A stretch of DNA of 63,817 nucleotides, the filler included, from Octopus bimaculoides (Eukaryota): assembly GCF_001194135.2 (NCBI RefSeq). It is 6 parts of 6 records of this genome, joined end to end, with 100 filler letters (N's around TTAATTAATTAA, not from the genome) between each part and the next. Parts side by side here need not be neighbours in the genome. Positions count along the whole stretch, not along the records: positions 39,439 to 52,772 come from NC_068987.1; positions 52,873 to 59,198 come from NC_069007.1; positions 59,299 to 62,162 come from NC_068988.1; positions 62,263 to 63,817 come from NW_026354603.1; 2 more parts are not named here. One strand, given 5' to 3'. A program made the position numbers and the translations under genes. The notes beneath the pieces are model-generated. The model made no database searches. It saw only the letters and a program-made list of their open reading frames with translations, and was not told the origin of the DNA. Within the stretch, counting starts at the first letter, position 1. Every line of letters begins with the position of its first letter. Positions 52,287 to 63,817 of this stretch are shown in pieces.

Positions 52287-52565
52287 GCCTGTCTTTCTAA
52301 CTGTCTGTCTGTCTATCCATTTGCTTGTCTGCCTGTCTTTCTAACTGTCTGTCTGTCTATCCATTTGCTTGTCTGTCTGTCTGTCTATCCATTTGCTTGT
52401 CTGTCTGTCTGTCTATCCATTNNNNNNNNNNCCATTTGCTTGTCTGTCTGTCTGTCTATCCATTTGCTTGTCTGTCTGTCTGTCTATCCATTTGCTTGTC
52501 TGTCTGTTCATTTTACCTGTCTATCTATCAGTCTCTTTGTATCTACACGTCTGTCTGTCTATCTA
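52240..52565. repeat. Minisatellite built from (TCTG)n/(TCTA)n plus ccatttgcttg units
   Basis: ctatccatttgcttgtctg recurs about 6 times. Confidence 0.9.
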
Positions 52566-52713
52566 TCTACCTATACGTCTATCTGTCTCCTCTAAATCTC
52601 ACCCTCTTCTCTCTTCCATTTCGACATATATCAATCACCCTCCCTCTCTTTCTCTCTCTCTCTCTCCACACACACACAGCTTTTTATCTTTCATACATTG
52701 TCTCTCCACCCCT

Positions 52714-52772
<59 letters not shown>

Positions 52773-52872
52773 NNNNNNNNNNNNNNNNNNNNNNNNNNNN
52801 NNNNNNNNNNNNNNNNTTAATTAATTAANNNNNNNNNNNNNNNNNNNNNNNNNNNNNNNNNNNNNNNNNNNN
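52773..52872. other. Synthetic scaffolding linker N44-TTAATTAATTAA-N44
   Basis: Same 100-nt block. Confidence 0.97.
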
Positions 52873-53086
52873 TCCTCAGCAGTTACAGCCCATGTTTCAC
52901 TGCCATGTAGCATGGTTGTTCGTATGCATGCGTCATACAGTCTGCCTTTTACTCTGAGTGAGAGTCCCTTTGTCGCCAGCAGGGGTAAGAGCTCTCTAAA
53001 CTTTGCCCAGGCTATTCTTATTCTAGCAGCTACACTTTCAGCGCACCCACCCCCACTACTAACTTGGTCGCCCAGATAGCGGAAGC

Positions 53087-53087
<1 letters not shown>
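52873..53087 (-). mobile_element. RTE-type LINE RT C-terminal fragment
   Basis: SFRYLGDQVSSGGGCAESVAARIRIAWAKFRELLPLL...KGRLYDACIRTTMLHGSETW; begins at a (TA)n run. Confidence 0.9.
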
Positions 53088-53119
<32 letters not shown>

Positions 53120-53230
53120 ATACACATATATTATAAATATTTGTGTGTGTGTGTATCTGTATACATACATATACATCTGAATACATACATACATACCAGT
53201 CATGTCTTTTTAGTATGTGTGTTGTTTTTG

Positions 53231-53277
<47 letters not shown>

Positions 53278-53559
53278 ATATACGAGTGAGTGGTCAAATG
53301 GAAGAAGGGCACTCAACCAATTTATTGGGAGTTACATGTATGATTCAAATTCATTGGTGCTCCAAGAGTTTCAAGTGTGATGCTAATCGTCAACCATTTT
53401 CAATTTGAATTCAAATTCAAAATGGCTGAAGATTAGCATCATTCTAGAAACACTATAAGCGCCAACGAATTTGAATCAAGCTGTTTTGATTCATATATAT
53501 ATATATATATATATATATAGATAGATAGATAGATAGACAGATAGCTAGATATATATGTG

Positions 53560-53602
<43 letters not shown>

Positions 53603-53616
53603 GTATATGTATATGT

Positions 53617-53985
53617 GAAGGCGCATGGCTCAGTGGTTGGAGCGTCAAGCTTACAACTGTGAGGTTGTGAGTTTGATTCCCGGACCGCGGTGTGTGTTGT
53701 GTTCTTGAGCAAGACACTTAATTTCATGTTACTCCAGTTCACTCAGCTGTAGAAATGAGTTGTGATAGCACTGGTACTAAGCTGTATCAGTCCCTTTGCC
53801 TTTCCCTTGGATAACATCAGTGGCATGGAGAAGGGAGGCTGGTATGCATGGGTGACCACTGGTCTTCCACAAAAACAACCCTAGGTTGTGTGTTCGCCAG
53901 TGAGGCGACTTTCCGCCTAGACTTATACCCCTGAGGAGAACCTCTTAGTTGCACCCATGGTCATTCGTGACCGACAGAGTTTAGT
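53617..53985 (+). mobile_element. tRNA-derived SINE family G, near full length
   Basis: A box tggctcagtggtt, B box gtttgattcc, central ttgagcaagacactt...cactcagctgt domain. Confidence 0.85.
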
Positions 53986-55400
53986 TTTATATATGTATAT
54001 ATCTGTGTGTGTGTGTGTGTGTATGTGCGTGTGTGTTCGTGTATTGTGGTGAACATTCTCCACACCACACAACACCATTATCCCCCAACCATTTTACATT
54101 ACATCTGAATGTATGTAGCTTCATGTGTGTGAATATATGTGCAAAAGTGTGTGTGTGTCTGCACGAGAATAAGAGTGAGAGAGAGAAATAGAGAGATTAG
54201 TTAAGGTTATCAACCCTCTAATGAGATACCCAAGCTTGGCACCCCACTTTAAAGCAATTTCGTGGTAACTGATAATTGAGAAGATATTGTGTATTATCAC
54301 ACCTCTCATCAGCTGTTTGGGATGATAAACAACACTGTCATTCATATATATGACGATGATGATGATGATATATATATGTAAATATATATATATGTATACG
54401 ATGTACTACTCATCTCATGAGACATCGCAGCATCTTTTCATTTAGAGGTAAGTGCACATATGTATACATTTGCATGTGTGTGTGTGTGTGTGTTTGAAAC
54501 ATATGGACAAATAGATAAATGAATAGTCAGAAGAGAAAAGCAAGACAGACAGAGACATAAACTAACATATGGATTATATATATGCATATATATATATATT
54601 TGAAAAGATTTGTAAAAGTACCACACGAGTAAGTAGATATTGAAGATGAATAAAAATGAAAATGCTACTTTTTTAAAACATTTTTTGGGTGTTTTAATTG
54701 ATTTACATGTTTCGGTTTTTTGGGAAAACCTTATCAAAAATGAATATAAAATATGTGAGAAGAGAAAAGGGCTATTAATAAAATAAAATTGAAATTAAAA
54801 TTAAAAATGACATTCATAGTTTACTGTTATTTCTTGCATGCGCACATGGTCCTTTCCTTGAGTTCTGAAAACATGGTAATTCCNNNNNNNNNNNNNNNNN
54901 NNNNNNNNNNNNNNNNNNNNNNNNNNNNNNNNNNNNNNNNNNNNNNNNNNNNNNNNNNNNNNNNNNNNNNNNNNNNNNNNNNNNNNNNNNNNNNNNNNNN
55001 NNNNNNNNNNNNNNNNNNNNNNNNNNNNNNNNNNNNNNNNNNNNNNNNNNNNNNNNNNNNNNNNNNNNNNNNNNNNNNNNNNNNNNNNNNNNNNNNNNNN
55101 NNNNNNNNNNNNNNNNNNNNNNNNNNNNNNNNNNNNNNNNNNNNNNNNNNNNNNNNNNNNNNNNNNNNNNNNNNNNNNNNNNNNNNNNNNNNNNNNNNNN
55201 NNNNNNNNNNNNNNNNNNNNNNNNNNNNNNNNNNNNNNNNNNNNNNNNNNNNNNNNNNNNNNNNNNNNNNNNNNNNNNNNNNNNNNNNNNNNNNNNNNNN
55301 NNNNNNNNNNNNNNNNNNNNNNNNNNNNNNNNNNNNNNNNNNNNNNNNNNNNNNNNNNNNNNNNNNNNNNNNTATATATATATATATATATATAAATACA

Positions 55401-55701
55401 AAATTGGACAAGAACGCAAAACATCCAGACAGTTAGGTGATACAAGAAAGGGACAACAAAACATCCAGATAGACAATACAAAGAAAACAAGGACAGGTCA
55501 TTCGGAGTTTTCTTTCCTCAGTCGAGATCCAGATTATCTTTGCAAAAGTAAACTCTGAATGACCTGTCCTTGTCTTCTTTGTATCATCTATCTGGATGTT
55601 TTGTGGTCCCTTTTTTGTAATCATCTAACTGTCTGGATGTTTTGTTGTCCCTTTTTTGTAATCATCTAACTGTCTGGATGTTTTGCGTTCTTGTCCCATT
55701 T
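55401..55701. mobile_element. Fold-back element with 40-41-bp internal subrepeats, flanked by (TA)n
   Basis: 55401-55510 matches rc of 55550-55701; the right arm has one extra 41-bp unit (tctggatg at 55591, 55632, 55673); 39-nt loop. Confidence 0.88.
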
Positions 55702-55703
55702 CG

Positions 55704-55753
<50 letters not shown>

Positions 55754-56199
55754 NNNNNNNNNNNNNNNNNNNNNNNNNNNNNNNNNNNNNNNNNNNNNNN
55801 NNNNNNNNNNNNNNNNNNNNNNNNNNNNNNNNNNNNNNNNNNNNNNNNNNNNNNNNNNNNNNNNNNNNNNNNNNNNNNNNNNNNNNNNNNNNNNNNNNNN
55901 NNNNNNNNNNNNNNNNNNNNNNNNNNNNNNNNNNNNNNNNNNNNNNNNNNNNNNNNNNNNNNNNNNNNNNNNNNNNNNNNNNNNNNNNNNNNNNNNNNNN
56001 NNNNNNNNNNNNNNNNNNNNNNNNNNNNNNNNNNNNNNNNNNNNNNNNNNNNNNNNNNNNNNNNNNNNNNNNNNNNNNNNNNNNNNNNNNNNNNNNNNNN
56101 NNNNNNNNNNNNAGAGAAGGGGTTGGGAGAGAGAGAGAGGTGGGGGAGAGAAGGGGTTGGGAGAGAGAGAGAGAGGCAGAAAGACTATGCTGGGGTAAC

Positions 56200-57029
56200 T
56201 TTGTTTCGATTAATTTTGCAAATAATGAAGAATTTAGTAAAACAACTTTGTCTTTAATGTTTGGAACATCAAGAAATTCTGATGAATGTTTTCAATTTAT
56301 ATTACTTTAAAATAGAAAATTTGTATTATAGAACCAAGGGTAGTCCCAGGCAAATATCAAAAGGTTTGACAACTGTTTCATTATCATATTTCTGTTTAAA
56401 CATCCTGTCGTTTCTTCTTTAATCAATTTTGAATATAATGACAAATTTGTTAAAATGACTTCCTCATTATTAAGCTGTGGAAATCATTACCATATGAGTC
56501 AAAATGCTCTGCAGCATTTCATCTGTCTTCATGTTCTGAGTACAAATTCTGCCGAGGTCAACTTTACCTGTTGGGGTTGATAAAACAAGTACCAGCTGAA
56601 CTCCGGGGTCGATGCAATCTGCTTACCCACTCCACTGGACTTGCTGGCCTTGTGCCAAAATTTGAAACCAATATTTTACAATAGTAGCATTAATATCATC
56701 TGCAACAATAGTAATTTATGGCAGGCTATCGTTATATTTTCTCATAAATTTACAAGCATAACCACAATTCTAAACAAGATGGCAACTTTAAAATTTCTTA
56801 GCAATTTTATTGTGACATGCCATGCATCCACCAATTTTCTTGGCTGACCGTTCTTGAGAAGAAATTGATGGCCTTATTCAAGTATTTGAAATCATTATAA
56901 AGCTGGTGTTTAGAGCATATACTGACATGAAATTTTGATGGATGGTTTTAATTTAGATCAGTTTAAAACAGAAAGTGTGAATCTTAAAACCTGGATGCAG
57001 TCTCCATCAGGTTGGTATCGAAAGGGTAA
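56200..57029. mobile_element. Two degraded copies (about 56200-56357 and 56915-57029) of one repeat end, possibly piggyBac-like
   Basis: tttaaaa(t/c)agaaa.t.tg.at..ta.aacc...gt(a/c)...tatc(a/g)aaagg recurs; the end aaagggtaa resembles GGG-TTAA. Confidence 0.35.
56501..56675 (+). mobile_element. SINE family C, 5'-truncated and diverged
   Basis: gttctgagtacaaattctgccgaggtcaacttt...ggggttgataaaacaagtaccag...ggggtcgatg. Confidence 0.8.
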
Positions 57030-57265
57030 GATTAGAATGTGAACTGGACACACTTGTAGTTATATCATTTAGCTGATGTACAAAGACCCAATATAATTTT
57101 GTTGCATAAGCTCTCCATTTCCTTTAGTAATTTCCTTAAAAAGAAAAGAAAACTTACATAGGATGCCCTGATGCACACAAATAAGGGAAAAGAGACATGT
57201 GCTGAATTGGATAATATTAAAGCATGTGGACTGAGAAACCACTGGGCTAATTTGACTCCTTGTTC

Positions 57266-57407
57266 CATCATCATTATCATCATTTAACGTCTGTTTTCCA
57301 AGCTGGCATGGGTTAGATGATTTAACTGGTCAGTTAGAGAGCTGTCCAGGCCCCAATTGTCTGTTTCCACACGGTTTGTTTCTATGGCTGGATGTCGTTT
57401 CTAATGC
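57266..57407 (-). mobile_element. Retroelement 3' end (family I) with (GAT)n tail
   Basis: catcatttaacgtctgttttccaagctggcatgggttaga matches 63764-63817. Confidence 0.75.
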
Positions 57408-57564
57408 CAAAACAAAAAAAGTCAAGGTCTCATAAAGGATATGAATCTGGGGCCTCTCACACTCTAAGTGAGAATCATACCCCTAGAGTAGCAAGTCAAT
57501 TTATTTAATTAAAATAACCTGATTTACTATTATGGTAATTGTTACTTCATAGGTGGTGAGCTGG

Positions 57565-57732
57565 TAGAGGGTGATGAAAATTTCCTGGCTTTGAATAGAA
57601 GAAAATACAGGAGGATCAGTCAATTATGATTTTATTCAACATAGTCCCCTCTCAGATTCACACACTTATGGCAGCAGTCCTTCAGTTTTTCTAAACCCTG
57701 TAAAAGAACTTGGAAGGTTTGGCATCCAACCA
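57565..57732 (-). mobile_element. Mariner 3'-end fragment (TIR plus transposase C-terminus)
   Basis: WLDAKPSKFF/LQGLEKLKDCCHKCVNLRGDYVE* with one frameshift; ta-gagggtgatgaaaatttcc is a TIR-like end. Confidence 0.75.
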
Positions 57733-57748
57733 TTATTTTCAATGGCTA

Positions 57749-57809
57749 GATAACTGAAGAGATGGCGGCGTGGGTTTCCACCCCGGCCTCCGAAACTCGG
57801 AGTTCTATC
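57749..57809 (+). ncRNA. Type I hammerhead-ribozyme-like motif (degenerate)
   Basis: Stem I gataa/ctatc, core CTGAAGA 57754-57760, GC-rich stem II 57761-57791 (10 of 14 pairs), GAAA 57792-57795, palindromic stem III actc-g-gagt, GUU cleavage triplet. Confidence 0.4.
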
Positions 57810-57903
57810 ATGGCTACCAAATAATTGTCACATATTTTTACAGATAAATTCCTCTATTTACATAATATCGAGGTCTCTTACTTTCTTTTGTTGTCTTTTC
57901 TAT

Positions 57904-57944
<41 letters not shown>

Positions 57945-58070
57945 TACATATATGTATATACACACACACTGCATCTCACGTACACATACCTCAGTTCCAT
58001 TACACAAAGCTTATACATCTTTGTGAGAATACCATGCATTGGTACTTTACCTCTAACACACAAAGGTATA

Positions 58071-58111
<41 letters not shown>

Positions 58112-58327
58112 ATATGTGTGCATGTGTGTGCACATTTCAGTATGTGAATGTTTGCATGTGTGTACACACACCAACACAAACATACACATATATGCCTACA
58201 TACACAGACATATAAACATATATACATACATATATATATACACACACACACAAATTTGTATGCATGTGCATATGTTAGAATGTTTATGAGTGTGTGTGTG
58301 TATACACATACATATAAGTATGGATAA

Positions 58328-58372
<45 letters not shown>

Positions 58373-58715
58373 NNNNNNNNNNNNNNNNNNNNNNNNNNNN
58401 NNNNNNNNNNNNNNNNNNNNNNNNNNNNNNNNNNNNNNNNNNNNNNNNNNNNNNNNNNNNNNNNNNNNNNNNNNNNNNNNNNNNNNNNNNNNNNNNNNNN
58501 NNNNNNNNNNNNNNNNNNNNNNNNNNNNNNNNNNNNNNNNNNNNNNNNNNNNNNNNNNNNNNNNNNNNNNNNNNNNNNNNNNNNNNNNNNNNNNNNNNNN
58601 NNNNNNNNNNNNNNNNNNNNNNNNNNNNNNNNNNNNNNNNNNNNNNNNNNNNNNNNNNNNNNNNNNNNNNNNNNNNNNNNNNNNNNNNNNNNNTCCCTCC
58701 CTTCCTCTTCGTTTG

Positions 58716-58773
<58 letters not shown>

Positions 58774-59035
58774 CCGACAACCCTATCAATTGTTTTCTCA
58801 TTTCTTGTAACTTTGTTTTGCAAATTCTGGTCTTACCTGTGTATCTGTATGTGTGAGTGTGCATGCGTGCGTGTGTGCGTGTGTGTGTGTGTGTGTGTGC
58901 ATGCACACACTAGTATGCTTACACACACGCATGTATGAAGATAGAGACACGCACACACAGTGAGAAAAGTGTCCATTGAAGAGTACAGTAAACCATACAG
59001 CTTAGATTCACTGGCAGACATGCTCTGTAAATCTA

Positions 59036-59078
<43 letters not shown>

Positions 59079-59198
59079 TCTTTTACTCTTTTACTCTTTT
59101 ACTTGTTTCAGTCATTCGACTGCAGCCATGCTGGAGCACCGCCTTTAGTCGAGAAAATCGACCCCAGGACTTATTCTTTGTAGGCCAGGTACTTATTC
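59079..59198 (-). mobile_element. SINE family A 3' end with (TAAAAGAG)n tail
   Basis: ttttactcttttactcttttacttgtttcagtcatt...ctggagcaccgcctttagtcgag. Confidence 0.92.
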
Positions 59199-59298
59199 NN
59201 NNNNNNNNNNNNNNNNNNNNNNNNNNNNNNNNNNNNNNNNNNTTAATTAATTAANNNNNNNNNNNNNNNNNNNNNNNNNNNNNNNNNNNNNNNNNNNN
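59199..59298. other. Synthetic scaffolding linker N44-TTAATTAATTAA-N44
   Basis: Same 100-nt block. Confidence 0.97.
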
Positions 59299-59337
<39 letters not shown>

Positions 59338-59715
59338 TTATAATAAGAGTGTTGAATGATTACAACACCAGTCTGCTAGAAATAGACCCAAAATGGTCTA
59401 TGAACCACTTCGATTATTACTCCACTACACAAGTATGGTATTTTTAGTATGCTGGCCACTGATAAATCATTAAATAATGATATTATCCTAATTATGTATG
59501 AATATATATAAGAAAGAAGTTAAAAATAATGTTCATTACATATAATTCCTTTATTGGATCAAGTTTGGCTTACAGCTGTTTCCAGTAATCATTATAGGTG
59601 CATGACTGATAGGTTTACTTAACTGTTTTATTGATAAATTGAAGTAAATTGAACGACTTCAGAAAATTAATTTTTACTTTCCTCAGAGCCATTTCTGAAA
59701 ATAGCAAATGCCACG

Positions 59716-59801
59716 TCATTTTATCGACCTGAAACGATAAAAGCTAAATTGATCTCGGCGATTTGACCGACACTATAACAATTCTGCCAGCTCACCGCCA
59801 C
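59716..59801 (-). mobile_element. SINE family C, internally deleted fragment
   Basis: ttttatcgacctgaaacgataaaag...attctgccagctcaccgcc. Confidence 0.7.
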
Positions 59802-60139
59802 CAACAACGCTATTACTCTACACGTTCAACCATTATCCACCCACTCAGAAAACCGGGAACACCACCACCCCTCTAAGGAACAGTCGAAATTTTTCAATTT
59901 CTCGACACTCGCTTCATAAAAGAAAGCATGTAACTCAAGACTGTTGTTCATTGATACCATATCGTTTGTCATCTCGCTTTTATGTTTTACATAAGCATCC
60001 GGGAGCATATGCTATCAATCTATCTATCTATCTATCTATCTATGTTTTATAAACATTTAAAAAATATTCTTCCCTCCCTATTCATTGTCTCTCACAGACC
60101 TCACTGTCATATATGTGTGTGTGTGTATATATATATGTT

Positions 60140-60328
60140 TCCAAGTTTGGTACGAGGCCAGCAACTTTGGGTGGGGCAGGGTAAGTCGATTACATCGACC
60201 CCGCTCAACAGATAAATATTTTATCGATCCCGAAAAGATAAAAGGAAATGACAACCTCAGTGGAATTTGAACTTAGAACGTAAAGACATTTTGCGAAGAG
60301 TGCTAACGACTCTGCCAGTTCGTTGCTT
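60140..60328 (-). mobile_element. SINE family C
   Basis: gtaagtcgattacatcgacccc...ggaatttgaacttagaacg...tgctaacgactctgccag. Confidence 0.85.
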
Positions 60329-61020
60329 TATATTTTTTCGTATTAGCATACATGTTATGTTTAATAGCTAACCACAAGAAAACCGTTGAATAATGAAACA
60401 ACTGGATTGGTGATTAATGCAGTGGTTTTGCTGTGGTTAGAAATAATTTGTATAAAAGCTGAAGATAAATGATGCTGCAGTTAAAAACGAGTATTAAGTG
60501 ACTTGGAAGTTAGACACCAGATTAATATGAATGTTATTATAATTACTAAATTATAATCAACTGGGATGTGTTCGGCAAACGTGATTTAATATGAGAAGCA
60601 AGTGTGTTACAAAAGTTTTAGAAAGAAAATTGAAAAATTAACTATTAATAGCAAAGGATTAGTAAAATTTCAAATTTTAATCACATGGTCTGTTGAAGAG
60701 AATGTGATTTTGTATTAGAGGTATATAAGTTACTAATCCATAACATCTGTTTTCTAATAATTGGATAGTTTTAACACATTTATCAAAAGATACGCAGCCT
60801 GTAATTTTAGTTCTATGTTCTCATGGTTTCTTTCAGCTTACATCTTTTACCTGCTTCGGTCATTAGACTGCGGCCATGCAATAATTGAGTTTTAAGGGTT
60901 TCGTCTGGTTTTGTATAATATATAATTGATAGTCAACCAATGTGAAAATACTGATAAATTCAATTGGAAGATATCCAAGGCGCATGATATTAGAATATAT
61001 TGTATTATATTTACTTTCGG

Positions 61021-61364
61021 AAGGCGGCGAGCTGGCAGAATCGTTAGCACGACTGGCGAAATGCTTAGCGGTATTTCGTCTGTCTTTACGTTCTGAGTTC
61101 AAATTCCGCCGAGGTCGACTTTGCCTTTCATCCTTTCGGGGTCGATAAATTAAGTACCAGTTACGCACTGGGGTCGATGTAATCGACTTAATCCGTTTGC
61201 CTGTCCTTGTTTGTCCCCTCTTTGTTTGACCCCTTGTGGGCAATAAAGAAATAAGAAACGTTAGCACACCGGGTGAAATGCTTAGCGGTATTTCGTCTGC
61301 CGTTACGTTCTGAGTTCAAATTCCGCCGAGGTCGACTTTGCCTTTCATCCTTTCGGAGTTGATA
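61021..61364 (+). mobile_element. SINE family C: full copy (61021-61254) followed head-to-tail by a second copy
   Basis: A box tggcagaatcg, B box gagttcaaattcc; the second unit starts agaaacgttagcacacc directly after gaaata. Confidence 0.95.
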
Positions 61365-62162
61365 NNNNNNNNNNNNNNNNNNNNNNNNNNNNNNNNNNNN
61401 NNNNNNNNNNNNNNNNNNNNNNNNNNNNNNNNNNNNNNNNNNNNNNNNNNNNNNNNNNNNNNNNNNNNNNNNNNNNNNNNNNNNNNNNNNNNNNNNNNNN
61501 NNNNNNNNNNNNNNNNNNNNNNNNNNNNNNNNNNNNNNNNNNNNNNNNNNNNNNNNNNNNNNNNNNNNNNNNNNNNNNNNNNNNNNNNNNNNNNNNNNNN
61601 NNNNNNNNNNNNNNNNNNNNNNNNNNNNNNNNNNNNNNNNNNNNNNNNNNNNNNNNNNNNNNNNNNNNNNNNNNNNNNNNNNNNNNNNNNNNNNNNNNNN
61701 NNNNNNNNNNNNNNNNNNNNNNNNNNNNNNNNNNNNNNNNNNNNNNNNNNNNNNNNNNNNNNNNNNNNNNNNNNNNNNNNNNNNNNNNNNNNNNNNNNNN
61801 NNNNNNNNNNNNNNNNNNNNNNNNNNNNNNNNNNNNNNNNNNNNNNNNNNNNNNNNNNNNNNNNNACACTTCTCTCTCGCTCTATCTCTATCTTTATCTC
61901 TCTCTCTCTCTCTCTATCTCTCTCTCCCTCTCTCTCTCTCTGCTCGAAATGAGGAGTAGATAGACAGCCGACAACTGATGAACGGTCGTTCTTTATGTTA
62001 CTTGTCCTGTTTTCCATTTGTTTCTCTCGTTGTTTATGCATTCAACTCTTTTGTTTTCGTATTTCATGTTGTTTCGTATTTCATATACACATTTTTACAT
62101 ACATACATATACTCGCATACATGCACATACACATGTATGTATATATATATATATATATATAT

Positions 62163-62262
62163 NNNNNNNNNNNNNNNNNNNNNNNNNNNNNNNNNNNNNN
62201 NNNNNNTTAATTAATTAANNNNNNNNNNNNNNNNNNNNNNNNNNNNNNNNNNNNNNNNNNNN
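62163..62262. other. Synthetic scaffolding linker N44-TTAATTAATTAA-N44
   Basis: Same 100-nt block. Confidence 0.97.
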
Positions 62263-62561
62263 TAATTTAAAACAATGATAATTTATGTAAGCTGTTTTTT
62301 GTATATAATATATATGTTATTATAATGGATGAAGAGAGGATTATTTGAATGGTTATTATTTTGATATTTTGATACTTTTAATAATTTTTCTATCTTTATA
62401 AAATAAGTATTTCATATTAATTCATTTGGTACTTATTGTTGGTTGAGATATATATATATCTAATTATTGTTCTACTTACGATCTGACGATTAGCTATATT
62501 TTGGAATAGAATTTATTTTCGATAATTTCAATTGATTTTAATCGATTTAAATTTCCTTTCT

Positions 62562-62736
62562 ATTTGAAAATTAGCTATGAAACACGTGTAATCATTTTAT
62601 TATATTTATCTTATGATATTTACTTTGCTTTATATTATACTCATTTATTGTGCTTTTAATTGTTAATTTTTCTATATGTGATAGTGGATTTTCATCGATG
62701 AGTTCTTGAAACTTGGTTCTTTTCCCTAAAACTATA
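62562..62736. mobile_element. Family H, copy 3 (the AT-rich unit probably extends left to 62263)
   Basis: Near-identical to 16639-16815. Confidence 0.85.
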
Positions 62737-62785
62737 TATATATATATATATTTATATATATTTATTTATATATATTATATGTATA

Positions 62786-62960
62786 TCTAATATATAAATC
62801 CCATTCTGTCTGTCTGTTTTTGTGCGCTTATATCTCCAGTATTGTTCATCTGATCGCGCTGAAATTTTAAACATGGATACATGAGAGAATGCAGCATTCT
62901 GTAATCTAAAAAGTTTTTCAGTTTCAAAGTGAGAATCACTATTTTTGTAATCTTTTAATC
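62786..62960 (+). mobile_element. Possible non-autonomous Helitron 5' end
   Basis: a|tctaatatataaa...ctgtctgtctgt...gcttatatctcc...atcgcgctgaaattt pattern; no clear 3' hairpin-CTRR. Confidence 0.35.
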
Positions 62961-63763
62961 CTGTTTCTTCCACCATCCTGTTCATGAACCAACGTTCTAA
63001 ACAATTAATTTCTACATTTTCACATTTAAATGATAGGTATATGCAAATAAAGCTTGCTATTTGTAAATACAGTCTCATTTTGATTTAAGTATTAGACCAT
63101 GAACAACACTATTCATTTTTGCATTTCCACTCATATGTAAGCAGCTAAAAAAATAAATATCACTCTAACCTTAATTAACTGTAATCACCTATGTGCATTC
63201 GTGGTCAAATGTGTTGTTATGGCTTTTTTTTTTTTTCGTGCAATAAACCAGCTGACATGAAAAACTACTAGAAAAAGGCAGTTACTTTAAGTGAACAAAA
63301 AGTGAAAATAAAGCAAATAAATAACTGATGATTACTCAATTTTCTGAAGATATTCTCAGCAAAATTCAATTGAAAGTAGAAAAGACTAGTTGATTGCTTA
63401 TAAAAAGGTGAAAAATTGGGGGGAGGTTTACATCTAAAATCTTGCCTAACGTTTCTCATCCAACTTAAAAAGATAAGCAGTATTGTTCAAGTTTTGAGAT
63501 AAAATTGATTTGAAAGAACATGCCTTATTTTATCGCCCATTGTATTATTTCACCCCCAAGTTTCAACTCTTTTTGTGTCAGGTTTTGAGAGAACAGAGAC
63601 CTCCCTAAGCATTTGTGCGCCTTTATTGAGTAGTAGTTTCTGTTTGCCTGTCCATTGGGTCATTAAAACTTCTATTCATATTTTTATTCGAAACTAATGT
63701 TATTTATCCCATAGTTCGTACCATTATGCCAGTGAAAATTGAAATAAAATACGTAAAGCAACA

Positions 63764-63817
63764 GTCGTCGTCGTCGTCGTTTAACGTCAGCTTTCCATGC
63801 TAGCATGGGTTGGACGA
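63764..63817 (-). mobile_element. Family I 3' end with (GAC)n tail, cut by the window edge
   Basis: gtcgtcgtttaacgtcagctttccatgctagcatgggttggac. Confidence 0.75.

Noticed and set aside
54431-54453. Strong donor GAG|GTAAGT
   Set aside because: No unambiguous acceptor giving a sensible exon; flanked by microsatellites.
57551-57566. 3-nt microexon ttcatag|gtg|gtgag
   Set aside because: Better explained as a SINE C head (aggtggtgagctgg) cut by the mariner fragment.

Overview
AT-rich, gap-ridden eukaryotic genomic DNA made mostly of microsatellites, tRNA-derived SINEs, decayed LINEs and MITEs. The repeat families and microsatellite load suggest an octopod cephalopod (Octopus-like); this is inference from remembered repeat families, not a database match. 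No complete protein-coding gene is present, and almost all listed ORFs are microsatellite or N-gap artefacts. Supportable coding relics: two R4/Dong-like retrotransposons (11.6-12.8 kb, 30.0-32.7 kb), an L1/Tx1-like 3' end (10.2-11.25 kb), Penelope-like RT/GIY-YIG fragments (21.8-23.3 kb, 24.4-24.7 kb), RTE fragments (8.7, 42, 53 kb) and mariner transposase C-termini (3.7-3.9, 57.6 kb). Two short plus-strand exon candidates with strong splice signals (25660-25725, 50625-50672) suggest the window lies inside a long-intron host gene. The most notable structures are a mariner fold-back built from two 3' ends, a type I hammerhead-ribozyme-like motif at 57.75 kb, several long hairpin elements, a small repeat found twice inside (CATA)n, a bipartite RTE, and a Penelope ORF with an in-frame microsatellite linker. 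Five N44-TTAATTAATTAA-N44 blocks are synthetic scaffolding linkers.
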